Shown here: piece by piece, positions 40,955 to 51,102 of the stretch
Numbering within the stretch: the stretch's first letter is position 1
How the letters are laid out: every line of letters starts with the position of its first letter
Source: a virus
Lineage: Duplodnaviria > Caudoviricetes
Virus record (IMG/VR): IMGVR_UViG_2843675664_000001
Coordinates: 5,636-69,635 of that record
Direction: 5' to 3' (one strand)
DNA length: 64,000 nucleotides
Translations under genes and position numbers: made by a program
The notes under the pieces: model-generated
Database searches by the model: none
Told to the model about the DNA's origin: nothing
The model's input: the letters and a program-made list of their open reading frames with translations, nothing else

Positions 40955-42652
40955 ATGGCTACTATCCCTACTCAAAATGCAGTACCGAGTGAAGCACCGC
41001 GCGACCTGAAATTTAACTCAGGCAAAATTGATGAGTTCGTGACATCTCTGGAACGCGAATACAAAGACCGGTTTGGTCGCTGCCATATGACCATAGAAGG
41101 CATGCGCTGGATATTCGAGCAACTTATGGAGCGATTCAAAGTCGATATTAACCAGGCGATCATTGCCGCCGGTTATATCCCGATGGACAGCTTCCAGCAG
41201 GGTGCGGAAATCACAAAGCGCAATGAAATTCTGCGTGACGAAACCACCGGTGAATATTACCGCTGGGATGGTGATTTGCCGAAATATGTTCCGGTGGGCT
41301 CTACGCCTGAATCTGCTGGCGGTATTGGCATGGGTGCGTGGGTTAGTGTGGGTGATGCGTCACTGAGAGGCGAATTATCCAAACCAACCGGTGCTGGCTT
41401 AGTAGGTACTGAATCCGGTAAAACCGTGCAGGAATCTCTTTCTAATGTATCCGAAGTTGTTGAAGGGAATACAATAAACTCAAATGAATACAAGGTATTA
41501 AATAATGATTTATTTTCTCCATTTGGTCATATGGGGATTTTGGTAACAGGACAGTCTCTGGCAGAAGGCGGGGTTGGTAATAATGTATTTCCGCCTGTAA
41601 TGTCGTGTATGAATTACTGTGCAAAAACATTATCTCTCGGGCCTATCATGTACAGCGATAACACAATTGGCTCCGATATTATTGGCGTAAAGGAGCCTAT
41701 AAGAGCATCAGTGTCCACGACGTTAACTGATGGGCTGATAACGAGATGTATTGCTGATAATGCGTATATTAGCGGTCAGGCATGGGGCGGCAAGAAATAT
41801 GTTGATATCAAGAAAAACGGAAACACAGATCTGTACAACAAGTGCCTGGCCCAGGCCACACGATTTAAGGCACTGAGACCTTCAATTAATTATGGGGCGG
41901 TAGTTGTTATTCATGGTGAGGCTGATGGCTATGTTAACAACACAAATTATGCTGAAAATATAATTGAATGGCAGAAGGATTTTAATGCTGACATCTCATC
42001 TATAACAGGACAGAAAAATAAAATACCTATGTTTTTGTGCCAGACAGCAACAGCCGGTGGATATGGTTGGAATGGTGGCATAAATGACATGAATTTTCAG
42101 TCTCCAATTCAGCAACTGATCGCACACGAATCAAAGGGTGATGTATTCATGGTGTGCAGCAAGTATCACCTTAAATACGCAGACCACGCACATATTACAA
42201 ATGAATCACAGGCCGTCCTTGGTGAGTATTATGCCAAGGCAATGGATTCCTATTATTCAACAGGAAGTTGGGAGCCATGCAGACCAGTAAGCATAATTCA
42301 GTCGGGCACATCAATCACCATTAAATTTACTGGTGTGGAGGATGGTCTTGTTTTTGATGTGTCAGCTGTAAAACCGGCTGAAAATAAGGGGTTTGCTTTC
42401 TCTGATGATAGTGGCGCGGAAATAATCGACGTTGCGATATCCGGTAAAGACAGTGTGGTCATTTCATTAAGCAAAACACCAACGACCAGTAAAGTTTTGG
42501 CGTATGCATACCATAACGGCGCAGGCGGCAGCGCTAACCAGGTTAGTGGCCTTGGTGATCGTGGAAATCTTCGCGGAACCAGTAAGCAGACATCTAAAAC
42601 CACTGGCCTCAACCTGCACAACTGGTGCGTAATTTTCCGTAAGGAGTTTTAA
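40955..42652 (+). CDS. Tailspike: attachment domain + SGNH/SASA esterase domain
   Basis: N-terminal PSEAPRDLKFN...YYRWDGDLPK; GQSL, HGEAD, DHAH. Confidence 0.8.
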   Translation: MATIPTQNAVPSEAPRDLKFNSGKIDEFVTSLEREYKDRFGRCHMTIEGMRWIFEQLMERFKVDINQAIIAAGYIPMDSFQQGAEITKRNEILRDETTGEYYRWDGDLPKYVPVGSTPESAGGIGMGAWVSVGDASLRGELSKPTGAGLVGTESGKTVQESLSNVSEVVEGNTINSNEYKVLNNDLFSPFGHMGILVTGQSLAEGGVGNNVFPPVMSCMNYCAKTLSLGPIMYSDNTIGSDIIGVKEPIRASVSTTLTDGLITRCIADNAYISGQAWGGKKYVDIKKNGNTDLYNKCLAQATRFKALRPSINYGAVVVIHGEADGYVNNTNYAENIIEWQKDFNADISSITGQKNKIPMFLCQTATAGGYGWNGGINDMNFQSPIQQLIAHESKGDVFMVCSKYHLKYADHAHITNESQAVLGEYYAKAMDSYYSTGSWEPCRPVSIIQSGTSITIKFTGVEDGLVFDVSAVKPAENKGFAFSDDSGAEIIDVAISGKDSVVISLSKTPTTSKVLAYAYHNGAGGSANQVSGLGDRGNLRGTSKQTSKTTGLNLHNWCVIFRKEF

Positions 42653-42654
42653 TC

Positions 42655-43656
42655 ATGTCTCATATCATCCCAAAAACATACACCGGAAGCGGAATTACAC
42701 AGAGACCTGGTGAGCTCGTTAATGACAATGGGGTTCCGGCTTTCGCCGGTAACCTGTTTGCAAGGAGAGAGCATTTTATAAGGAATGGATATTTCCAGAC
42801 AAACATGACTAATATCACCGGCAGTGTGACTATTGTCGGAACAGACAGAAAGCAGTGTACCGACGGGTGGTATCTCAGCGTTGCAAATATGGTCACGTCA
42901 AGAGCAAGGAGATATGCTCACCAAACGACTGATGTCTATGCCCCTTTCTTTATTGAAATTGAGTACAGCGCTGACACATCAAAAGGTACAAGCTTTGTAG
43001 CGCTTGAGCAAACGCAATACGATGTGGCAAGGTTTGCCGGTAAGACGCTTGCATATTCGTTTTATGCCAAAGCAAATACACCATACACATTACAAATAGA
43101 AGTTAAATATGCCTATAACGATGCAAACTCAAGCACAGAGGAATCTATTCTGATTCCAGTGATGGTTGATATCGGAACATCGTGGGAAAAGCATGATGTG
43201 CGGATAGCGATACCTGAAGTCCATCCGTCAAAGCTGACTAAGATGACGAAAATGACACTGCGTCATTTTGTTCATTCAAAAGGAACCAGGCCATTTAATC
43301 AGGGCCCTGATAACAATATTGTCCACTTTGCTAACTTTGATGATGGGTCTCCGTGGGCGTATACAGACACTACAGAGCAAGAGGTTCAGGTTGGTAAGTA
43401 TTACGAGAATACAACAACCGCCATTCCGCTTAGTGTAAATAATACTGGAGTTATAAGGGGATTTATCCCGTTTGTATTCCCCAAGGCGTACCCTCCGGCA
43501 GCATCACAAATTACAGTAAATAAAAGCGCCACGGTCGCTACGCTTTCCATTTCATCGGTGACTAAATACGGTTTTCAGGTTACTGGTACTACAGTAAACA
43601 ATGAGAATACTGTCGCGCTTGTATATGGTTTCGTTGTTGAGATTGGGTACACATAA
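42655..43656 (+). CDS. Second tail fibre/receptor-binding or carbohydrate-binding protein
   Basis: Beta-rich; FAGKTLAYSFYAKA...TSWEKH CBM-like; coupled to tailspike. Confidence 0.5.
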   Translation: MSHIIPKTYTGSGITQRPGELVNDNGVPAFAGNLFARREHFIRNGYFQTNMTNITGSVTIVGTDRKQCTDGWYLSVANMVTSRARRYAHQTTDVYAPFFIEIEYSADTSKGTSFVALEQTQYDVARFAGKTLAYSFYAKANTPYTLQIEVKYAYNDANSSTEESILIPVMVDIGTSWEKHDVRIAIPEVHPSKLTKMTKMTLRHFVHSKGTRPFNQGPDNNIVHFANFDDGSPWAYTDTTEQEVQVGKYYENTTTAIPLSVNNTGVIRGFIPFVFPKAYPPAASQITVNKSATVATLSISSVTKYGFQVTGTTVNNENTVALVYGFVVEIGYT

Positions 43657-43665
43657 TATACGCCG

Positions 43666-43890
43666 TCACTCCCCCTCATACTCAAACCCGCGCGGAAGAC
43701 TTTTCCCGATCTCCCTGTAGTGCTTTAGTCTCTCTCTGAAGTACGGGCGTAAATGCTCGGGCTGCTGGTTTTCTGTTTCGTACAGATCATGAGGCAGTCC
43801 GAGTCTTTCTTTGTACGCTATACCGGACGCGGCTAAATCGGCATTAATTTTGTCTTTTTCGTCTTGTGGCAGGTTGGCGATATTGTGCAT
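43666..43890 (-). CDS. holE: DNA polymerase III theta homologue (Hot)
   Basis: DKINADLAASGIAYKERL...QPEHLRPYFRERL. Confidence 0.85.
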   Translation of the reverse strand: MHNIANLPQDEKDKINADLAASGIAYKERLGLPHDLYETENQQPEHLRPYFRERLKHYREIGKSLPRGFEYEGE

Positions 43891-44080
43891 GTTGGTTTCG
43901 GAGTGGTGGGTGATGATGTGAGTATAGCAGGGGGAGTGTGGGATGGGGCGTAAATGGGGCGGATAAACTAAAATGACTTGAAATGACATCGAACGACTTT
44001 GAACAACTTCATTATGGAAATGGTGCGTGAACACTGGTTACTTCCATATTTTATTGATTATAAAAGATTAATTCTACGCT

Positions 44081-44124
44081 CTTCTAAGCCGTAGGTCACA
44101 GGTTCGAATCCTGTAGGGGTACCA
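44081..44124 (+). tRNA. 3' fragment of tRNA-Arg(TCT): prophage attR and satellite attL
   Basis: CTTCTAA anticodon loop, GGTTCGAATCC T-arm, ACCA end; 5' half missing. Confidence 0.85.
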
Positions 44125-44289
44125 TTCTCAAGTATTTCAACGTCTACCATCGTCTCCTAAACCCCCATAGAATCAGCATTCAGTTATATTTTCAGTATCC
44201 TGTGGTCTACCCTCGTCTATTGAAATCTACATACAGAAGGGGGCATAATTGGTGGCATGCCCCCGTTCAATGAAATTCGGTGCCCCCAC

Positions 44290-45501
44290 ATGAAGCTGAC
44301 AGCCAGACAGGTAGAGACATCCAAACCTAAAGAAAAATCATATAAACTTTCTGATGGCGGGGGCATGTATTTAGAAGTCGCGCCTAACGGATCAAAATAC
44401 TGGAGAATGAAATATCGCTACGCCGGTAAAGAAAAAAGACTGGCGTTTGGTGTTTATCCGTCCATCACATTGGCGCAAGCCAGAGCAAAACGTGAAGAAG
44501 CAAAGCGGGTATTAGCCCAGGGGGATGATCCGGCACTGGTGAAAAAGGCTGAAAAGCGGGAAAGGGAATCTCTGGTTAATAACAGCTTTGAAAAAATCAC
44601 GCTGGAATGGCATGGGTATAAAAAGCCGAACTGGTCTCAGGGTTATGCTGAGGATCTGCTGGAAGCCTTTCAGAAAGATATATTCCCTCATATTGGCAAA
44701 GTCAGCATTACAGAGTTAAAGCCGCTGGATATGCTGGAGGTTCTGCGTAAGCTGGAAAAAAGAGGTGTGCTGGATAAGCTGAAAAAAATCCGCCAGGCAT
44801 GCAATCAGGTTTTCCGCTATGCAATCGTAACGGGGCGGGCTGAGTATAATCCCGCCTCTGAACTTGCAGGGGCTTTATCTGCACCAAAGTCAAAACACTT
44901 CCCTCATTTGAATGTGGATGAGTTACCTGATTTTTTACAGGCATTGTCAGCTTGTAGCGGCAGCAAAATAACGCTGATAGCCACGAAGCTACTCATGATA
45001 ACCGGGGTTCGCACCATCGAACTCAGAGCGGCAAAATGGAGCGAGATTGATTTTGATAAAGCCATTTGGGAGATCCCGGTCGAACGAATGAAAATGCGCC
45101 GTCCTCACATGGTTCCGCTATCATCTCAGGCACTGGAACTATTGCGTGAGATTGAAACAATAACCGGACGATTCAGTTATATTTTCCACGGTCGGAATGA
45201 TGCTTCAAAACCGATGAGTGAAGCGGCAATCAACCAGGTACTGAAAAGGGTCGGGTATGATGGCAGAGCAACCGGTCACGGCTTCCGGCATACCATGAGT
45301 ACAATCCTGCACGAACAGGGTTATAACACCGCATGGATTGAGACACAGCTTGCACACGTAGATAAGAACTCAATCAGGGGCACATACAACCACGCACAGT
45401 ACATCGACGGACGCAGGGTAATGCTTCAGTGGTACGCGGACTATATGGACGCACTGGAGAACGGCGATAACGTTGTTCACGGTAATTTCAAACGGGCATA
45501 G
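44290..45501 (+). CDS. int: P4-type tyrosine integrase
   Basis: KLSDGGGMYL arm-binding domain; R...HGFR...LAH...YN catalytic residues. Confidence 0.95.
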   Translation: MKLTARQVETSKPKEKSYKLSDGGGMYLEVAPNGSKYWRMKYRYAGKEKRLAFGVYPSITLAQARAKREEAKRVLAQGDDPALVKKAEKRERESLVNNSFEKITLEWHGYKKPNWSQGYAEDLLEAFQKDIFPHIGKVSITELKPLDMLEVLRKLEKRGVLDKLKKIRQACNQVFRYAIVTGRAEYNPASELAGALSAPKSKHFPHLNVDELPDFLQALSACSGSKITLIATKLLMITGVRTIELRAAKWSEIDFDKAIWEIPVERMKMRRPHMVPLSSQALELLREIETITGRFSYIFHGRNDASKPMSEAAINQVLKRVGYDGRATGHGFRHTMSTILHEQGYNTAWIETQLAHVDKNSIRGTYNHAQYIDGRRVMLQWYADYMDALENGDNVVHGNFKRA

Positions 45502-45624
45502 TCCACCAGCAGCACACCGAACCAGCCAGAGTAAAGGCTGGTTTTTTATATCCGGAATACGTGAACTGGATAAATAGACAGGTGTAGTAGTCTTTAGTAG
45601 ACTGACGTAGACGATAAAGAATAA

Positions 45625-45680
45625 AGCTATGCCTAGGCTGATCCCCGAAAACCAGTACACCTCTACTGGCTGGCATAGCT
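45625..45680 (+). ncRNA. int-alpA-like RNA motif
   Basis: AGCTATGCC/GGCATAGCT stem enclosing TAGGCTGATCCCCGAAAA and CCAGTA/TACTGG hairpin; between int and alpA. Confidence 0.65.
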
Positions 45681-45708
45681 CCTATAAAAAGAGGGCGTGA
45701 GGTGGCGT

Positions 45709-46371
45709 ATGAGTGAACGGCAGTTCCATCTACTTGATTCTTTTGGGGAGTCAATAAAAAACAAAATTCTAAGAATTAAAGAAGAAGATGATATTATTTA
45801 TCAATCGGATGAGTTCGATGGTGTAATTAAAGGATTATTTTTTGATATTAAAGAACAATTACAAATAGCTACAAGCAATATATTTACCCCTGAAGAGCTG
45901 ATTATTACAGTTGAGCTAGAGAGTGCGCTTTCTGTTTTTTTAAATGATATACGAGAACAAAATATCATTGGCTATTTGTGCTTAAGCACCAAAAGTGTGT
46001 GTGACGAAATTGGATTGTCATTCCAAACATACGGCATGAGCATTTTTTGCTCTCTTTATTACATAATGAAAAAATTCGATCATATTTCTTATGAGTTTTT
46101 TTTGGTGGTTGTTCAACCGATATTGACGGCGATGAGACTGGAAGATGTCCCTAAAGAAATTGGGAAAATGGGAGGTCGCCCTGAACACCCAAGAAAAGAA
46201 GAAGCTCTTAAAACAGCAATGGAACGGTGGAGTAAAATACCCTACGCAAGCTTATCTAGTGTAGCAACATATGTTAAATCCAAGCTTGAAGAAAAATACA
46301 CAGATGCCCCTAAGTTGCCATCAATAAAGTCATGGTTGAATAAAGCAAATTTAAAGCCAGTAAAAAAATAA
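45709..46371 (+). CDS. Satellite hypothetical protein, C-terminal GGRP/HTH-like
   Basis: GAGG RBS; AT-rich ORF. Confidence 0.6.
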   Translation: MSERQFHLLDSFGESIKNKILRIKEEDDIIYQSDEFDGVIKGLFFDIKEQLQIATSNIFTPEELIITVELESALSVFLNDIREQNIIGYLCLSTKSVCDEIGLSFQTYGMSIFCSLYYIMKKFDHISYEFFLVVVQPILTAMRLEDVPKEIGKMGGRPEHPRKEEALKTAMERWSKIPYASLSSVATYVKSKLEEKYTDAPKLPSIKSWLNKANLKPVKK

Positions 46372-46374
46372 AAA

Positions 46375-46421
46375 ATATAAAGGGGTTTATATCTAAAAAT
46401 GGATATAAAGGGGTTTATATC
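46375..46421. promoter_or_regulatory. Tandem palindromic operator pair upstream of alpA
   Basis: ATATAAAGGGGTTTATATC at 46375 and 46403. Confidence 0.6.
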
Positions 46422-46512
46422 CATAACCGATTATATTTTCCTGATGCACAATCATTCCTGTAAACCTCACACCGTCTACTCAGGTGTTTAAAGGACTAAT
46501 ACAGGAGGCTAT

Positions 46513-46731
46513 ATGCCAGCAATTACTACGCAGAAAGAAAGTCTTATCCGTCTGCCGGAAGTTATCCGGCGTACAGGTTGCTCTAAACCGTGGCTGTACA
46601 AACTCATAGATGCCGGTCAATTCCCAAAACAGGTAAAAATCGGCTCCCGCTCTATCGCCTTTGTTGAATCAGAGGTTGATGCGTGGGTAGCGAATAAAAT
46701 CGCAGAATCCCGCACTGGTGAGGTGGTGTAA
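46513..46731 (+). CDS. alpA: AlpA family regulator/excisionase
   Basis: LIRLPEVIRRTG...FPKQVKIGSRSIAFVESEVDAW. Confidence 0.95.
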   Translation: MPAITTQKESLIRLPEVIRRTGCSKPWLYKLIDAGQFPKQVKIGSRSIAFVESEVDAWVANKIAESRTGEVV

Positions 46732-47126
46732 TGAAAATGAAAAACCACCCGTCACAGGTGGCTTCTGAGGATAGCTTCGCGTCATCTATCTTATCAAAGA
46801 ACCCGCCGAAAAAACACCGCGTCCGTTTATATATGATCGGTACTGGCATTAATGGCTTTACGGAAAATGAAATCTTATTCCATTGCCGTTTATCGTCCGG
46901 ACGCAATTACCCGAACGAACTCGAACGTAAGCTGAATATTGAACTGGAACGCCTTGATGAGCCTAACCCTGATGGTATTGGCTCACATTACCGCTATCGT
47001 TTTAAAACCTCTCAGGATGTGCAGAAGGTGATTAATTTAATCAACGATTGTGCAGAGCAGGGAAAGTATCAGCCGGTAAGCAAAGCACTCACAGATAATA
47101 TTTTAAGCCTGTACCCGACAGAATAA
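46731..47126 (+). CDS. Satellite hypothetical protein (possible winged helix)
   Basis: Coupled to alpA. Confidence 0.65.
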   Translation: MKMKNHPSQVASEDSFASSILSKNPPKKHRVRLYMIGTGINGFTENEILFHCRLSSGRNYPNELERKLNIELERLDEPNPDGIGSHYRYRFKTSQDVQKVINLINDCAEQGKYQPVSKALTDNILSLYPTE

Positions 47127-47139
47127 CGGAGTAATCAAA

Positions 47140-47829
47140 ATGGAAAAGAAAAATAACAGCTTAATTGCTGGCGGATTCGCTCACCCTGAAATCAGCTCGG
47201 AGACTATTTTAGTTCAGCACAAAACAGAGCCTAGAATTGATAGCCGCCTGTTTGCTAAACGCATCGGAATTAAACATAAGAACCTTTTTGAATTAGTAAA
47301 AAAGAATACAAAGAATTTACGTCAATTTGGAACCCTTCCGTTTCAAACGGAGCGATTAAATACCGAACAATTAGGTTCGCGTGAACATAAATACGCCTTA
47401 CTCAATGAAAGCCAATTTGATTTTATGTGCCGTATTGTTCGCGGTCGCGATCACGAAAAAATGACTCAGTTTAAGCTGGACGTTACCAAGGCATTCAGTA
47501 AGAAACGTGCCGCTGACCCTATCCGCCGTGAATACCTGCCGCATTATCATGAATCACGGGACGCACTCAGAGACTTAGGCGCAGAGAAATATCATTACAT
47601 CAACCTAGCCCGTACAGAGAACCGATTAACAGGGTTACTCACTGGCGAACGTGCCAGCGCAGACGAGCAACAATTAGGTTTATTAGTCTGTATGCAGAAA
47701 ATCGAACAGGCAGCATTTCAGGACGCGATTGATTCGGGTTTATCGGCTACTCAGGCATTGCGAGAGGTAAGTAAACGCATTGAGCAGTTCGCCAGCTTAA
47801 TGAGTCCTGCGGCACGGATTGGTGGCTAA
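47140..47829 (+). CDS. Rha family phage regulatory protein
   Basis: RIDSRLFA...HKNL...YALLNESQ...FKLDVTKAF. Confidence 0.8.
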   Translation: MEKKNNSLIAGGFAHPEISSETILVQHKTEPRIDSRLFAKRIGIKHKNLFELVKKNTKNLRQFGTLPFQTERLNTEQLGSREHKYALLNESQFDFMCRIVRGRDHEKMTQFKLDVTKAFSKKRAADPIRREYLPHYHESRDALRDLGAEKYHYINLARTENRLTGLLTGERASADEQQLGLLVCMQKIEQAAFQDAIDSGLSATQALREVSKRIEQFASLMSPAARIGG

Positions 47830-48719
47830 TATGATGACTATCGCCTCAGCAATGTTTGATACACCCAAATCGGCGTATCAAAGCACAAATATTAATCAAT
47901 TAACCTCGGTATTGGGGAATATTGCCAGCCAGGGGAAAGGCTCTCTCCTGGACGGCGGGGAGTCGGTTAAACTGGACACCCTCACGAATACTGTAACTTC
48001 AACTTACGGTATTACCGGCAATCAATCAGACAAACTTTCGTCCGGGCGTTCGGCTTTGACTCTAACTTCAGGTTATACCCAAAAGACCAGCGGCCACTCA
48101 GCCAATATTTTGGCTCAACACTCAGCAAAACTATTTGCTCAGTCATCGGCTAAGGGTTCAGCAGGTCAATCAGCGAAATTTTACGCCGGTCTCAAATATG
48201 AAACCCTGAGCTGTCCAAATCCGGATATCCCAAATCGTGGGGAAATTACACCATTTAAAGGTTTTATCGGGGTCACTACGCGGGGCGAAATTGAGTTTTG
48301 TCAGCCCATAAATGATAGGCGTGTAGAGTTTTCGGAGTCCATAAAAAAGGACTGTGTAGAGTTTTGCGAGTCCATAAAAAGTGATAGAGGCGTAGAGTTT
48401 TTAGAGTCCATAAAAAAGGGCAGCGTTTCCACCGCCCTTTGCGTGTTCGATATTAAATATCGAGCAAATCAGCCATTACAGATTAGTCAGCGGCTGAGTG
48501 GCGGCATATCGGATATTTCCGGGGAAGCCGAAAACTTTGATGATAATCACTTGTTTTTATCGTCAGATGTTCGTTATAGTGATCGGGCACCGGCAAAATC
48601 CGGTGCCAGGATTGAGACCCTGAATATACAAACGGCGACACATGACGCGCCTTGCGTCTTTTTTTGTGTCCGTGCCTACGCACACCTGCAAAATACGGTA
48701 TTATGCCGTCCTGATTCAA

Positions 48720-48797
48720 TGGTGGCGTTGGTGGGGCAGCCTTCGGGCTGGCTGGTTTCCGTTTGTGCCAGTAGTCTCAACCCTGTCAACGTCACCA
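48720..48797 (+). ncRNA. C4/CI-type antisense RNA
   Basis: Cloverleaf with TTCG loop; GTCTCAA and CCGTTTGT are complementary to TTGAGAC and ACAAACGG sites both upstream (48609-48635) and downstream (48808-48850). Confidence 0.85.
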
Positions 48798-48859
48798 CCC
48801 CTATAGAGATTGAGACCTCTGGTGGTGACTCCGCGTTAATACAAACGGAGATCATCGTT

Positions 48860-49048
48860 ATGATGGCTATCCCTGCCCAAACTCAATTCAAATTCCTGTT
48901 TCTGGCGGTAAAGCGCACAGACAGCACAGATATTCCGCACCGCATCGAAGCCACAGCACCAAACGAGCATAGCGCCCGCATGCTGCTGGTACGCGATTAC
49001 ATCCTCTCTTTTGCCGGACGTTTACCGATTCGTGAGGTGTCCGCATGA
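48860..49048 (+). CDS. icd: Icd-like host cell division inhibitor
   Basis: FKFLFLA...EHSARMLLVRDYILSFAGRLP; GGAG RBS just after C4. Confidence 0.8.
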   Translation: MMAIPAQTQFKFLFLAVKRTDSTDIPHRIEATAPNEHSARMLLVRDYILSFAGRLPIREVSA

Positions 49049-51102
49049 GCGCAAATATCACCTTGCAGCAGGCCGCTGAACAGGCTCACCAGCTAGAAAT
49101 TATCAGCCTGATGATTGAGTCCTACCCGCACAAATTCACAGATACTGACATTACGGTGCTTGCGTCACTGATGGTGAAATTATCCGGCGGTGTTTCAGGT
49201 TTCCTCAGTGAAAAATCCGCAGCACTGGAGGGCAAATCATGAGCCAGTCAGTCATTCCGTTGGATGTTGCCGCCTATAAAGCGCGGCAGGTCACATCACT
49301 GTATTCCGTCATTCTGGAGCAGGCATTGAAAGAATGCTCACCGGATTTGTTCGACCTCATTTCTATTGCCAGTGACATACATAGCGATATCAGTCAGTCA
49401 CTGACTCATAAAGCAGGAGACGACAAATGAAAACCATCAAATTATCGGAAGGTGACATGGTTCGGTTTCGGTCTGCTTTACATATCAGTGAGGAAATTAT
49501 CGCGCTGCTGCTTCCGGTGATGACCGCTGTAGAAAATGAGGCTGAACCCGATACACACCTGATGGTCAGGGCAATCAAACGCATTGCGGCTGAACAGTAT
49601 GAAAAATTGAGAGTGCTGGCGGAGGTGATGAAATGAATCCGGAACAAAAATACCAGATAAGGCAGTTACTGGAAGTCCCACAGATGAATGCTGCTCAGAT
49701 GATTACATTGCTGTCCGTCTGGCTGGATGCTGAACGCGACCCTGAAGTTGTCAATATGATATGTGTTGCGCTGAACGTTGCCAGAGAGATTGACAAATCC
49801 CTGTCGGTGGCTTTGGAGGGCAAGATATGAGCGAATACCGCACCGAAGTCACCGGCTCTGCCGTGGCTGTGATGAAACGCAACGCTTCCGGTAAATATCA
49901 GCGTATCGCCCTGATACCGCTGGCAGACATTCCCGCCCGTGCGGATGCCGGAGAGTGGGACAGCAATATGCTGCTGGGGTTACGTCTGATTGCGACATAT
50001 TTAGACCATGCACAGGGTGATAAAGCGAAAGATTTGCTCGCTTTCCGCTGGATGGTCGCCGTGCTGTATATCCGTGAAACCACCGCAAAGAACGGGATGC
50101 CTTACTACCGCAATCACGGGGTCATGCTGCCGCCCCTGCCGGACTGTGAACGGATAGCGATGGCGAATCATATCGAGGGCGCAATGACAGAACGCCACGG
50201 TTCAGACAACGCAGAGCACATCGTCAGCCTGTACGTTTCAATGATTGACGGCAGCGGCACGTTACGCCTGTCTGAGTGGGGCACTGACATTATGGACACC
50301 ATACACGGGGCAATAGCGCAGGACGTGGCAAGCGGTGTGCCGGAGCAGCCGGAACTGCGGACACACTGAGGACAAATAACATGGCACTAATCACAAAAAA
50401 CTTCCGTGTGAATGCGCTGGCCAATCTGTTTGCCGGGGCGGTTTATCACGATGTCACCACACGGAACGGCGGCGACTGGTTCCCGATGAATGTAGGCAAT
50501 AAAGCGATTGAGGTGGCGATTACCGACGGTGTGAAAGGCATCCGGATGCTGGTGGACAGCTATCTGCTGGAAGCCCTGCAACAACAATCCCGGGCGTGGG
50601 AACCGGCAGCGGTACAGGTACTGGAGCAGTGTACCGCGAACGGCTTTATCACCGGGTTCGGGCGCGAGATATGGCAGAGCATGATTAACGATATGGGCGA
50701 CACGCTGGCAGACAAAGGAGCATTTCAATGAGTAACGTGATCCCGTTCAGACAGAAAAATAACACGCTGGAGAATCTGACCCGCGATTTTGCTGCCGCAG
50801 TATACCGTTGTCACCATCATGACTACGAGGACAGTTACCGGCTGACGGAGACGCTGGGCGGTAATACCACCTGCCGCGACATCCCGCCGTCAGAATATAT
50901 CGTGCTGCTGACCGACTGGTATTTCATCGAACCACTGGCAGAGCAGGCGGACGACTACGAAGCGGCAGCAACGGACGCACTGACCCGTGCTGTAGATTCC
51001 GGACGTTTAACTCCGGCGGGGGAGGCGTTGTATCAGTCAATCCTCAGCATATCCCGTGATATGTCCGCACCGGAAGGAGGCGCAGACGATGAAATCCATT
51101 GA
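49045..51102 (+). CDS. Run of seven coupled small satellite ORFs (49045-49242, 49239-49430, 49427-49636, 49633-49830, 49827-50369, 50381-50731, 50728-51102)
   Basis: ATGA overlaps and RBSs; functions not recognisable. Confidence 0.65.

Larger units (their letters stand above)
1..44124. mobile_element. Lambdoid siphovirus-type prophage (left end outside window), attR in tRNA-Arg fragment
   Basis: Lambdoid gene order N-cI-cro-cII-O-helicase-nin-Q-lysis-terminase-head-tail, ending at a tRNA 3' fragment. Confidence 0.95.

Noticed and set aside
33624-43656. Diversity-generating retroelement or invertible tail-fibre system
   Set aside because: No reverse transcriptase, invertase or TR/VR repeat pair seen.
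44050-44124. Intact tRNA gene
   Set aside because: No 5' acceptor or D arm; it is an att remnant.
45633-45651. Hammerhead ribozyme (CUGAU...GAAA)
   Set aside because: Lacks CUGANGA and stem II; fits an int-alpA-like motif better.
47819-49048. Single 409-aa 'Ash' protein called as a feature
   Set aside because: Weak TTG start, mosaic of repeats, and overlap with the C4 RNA; only the icd portion is confidently coding.
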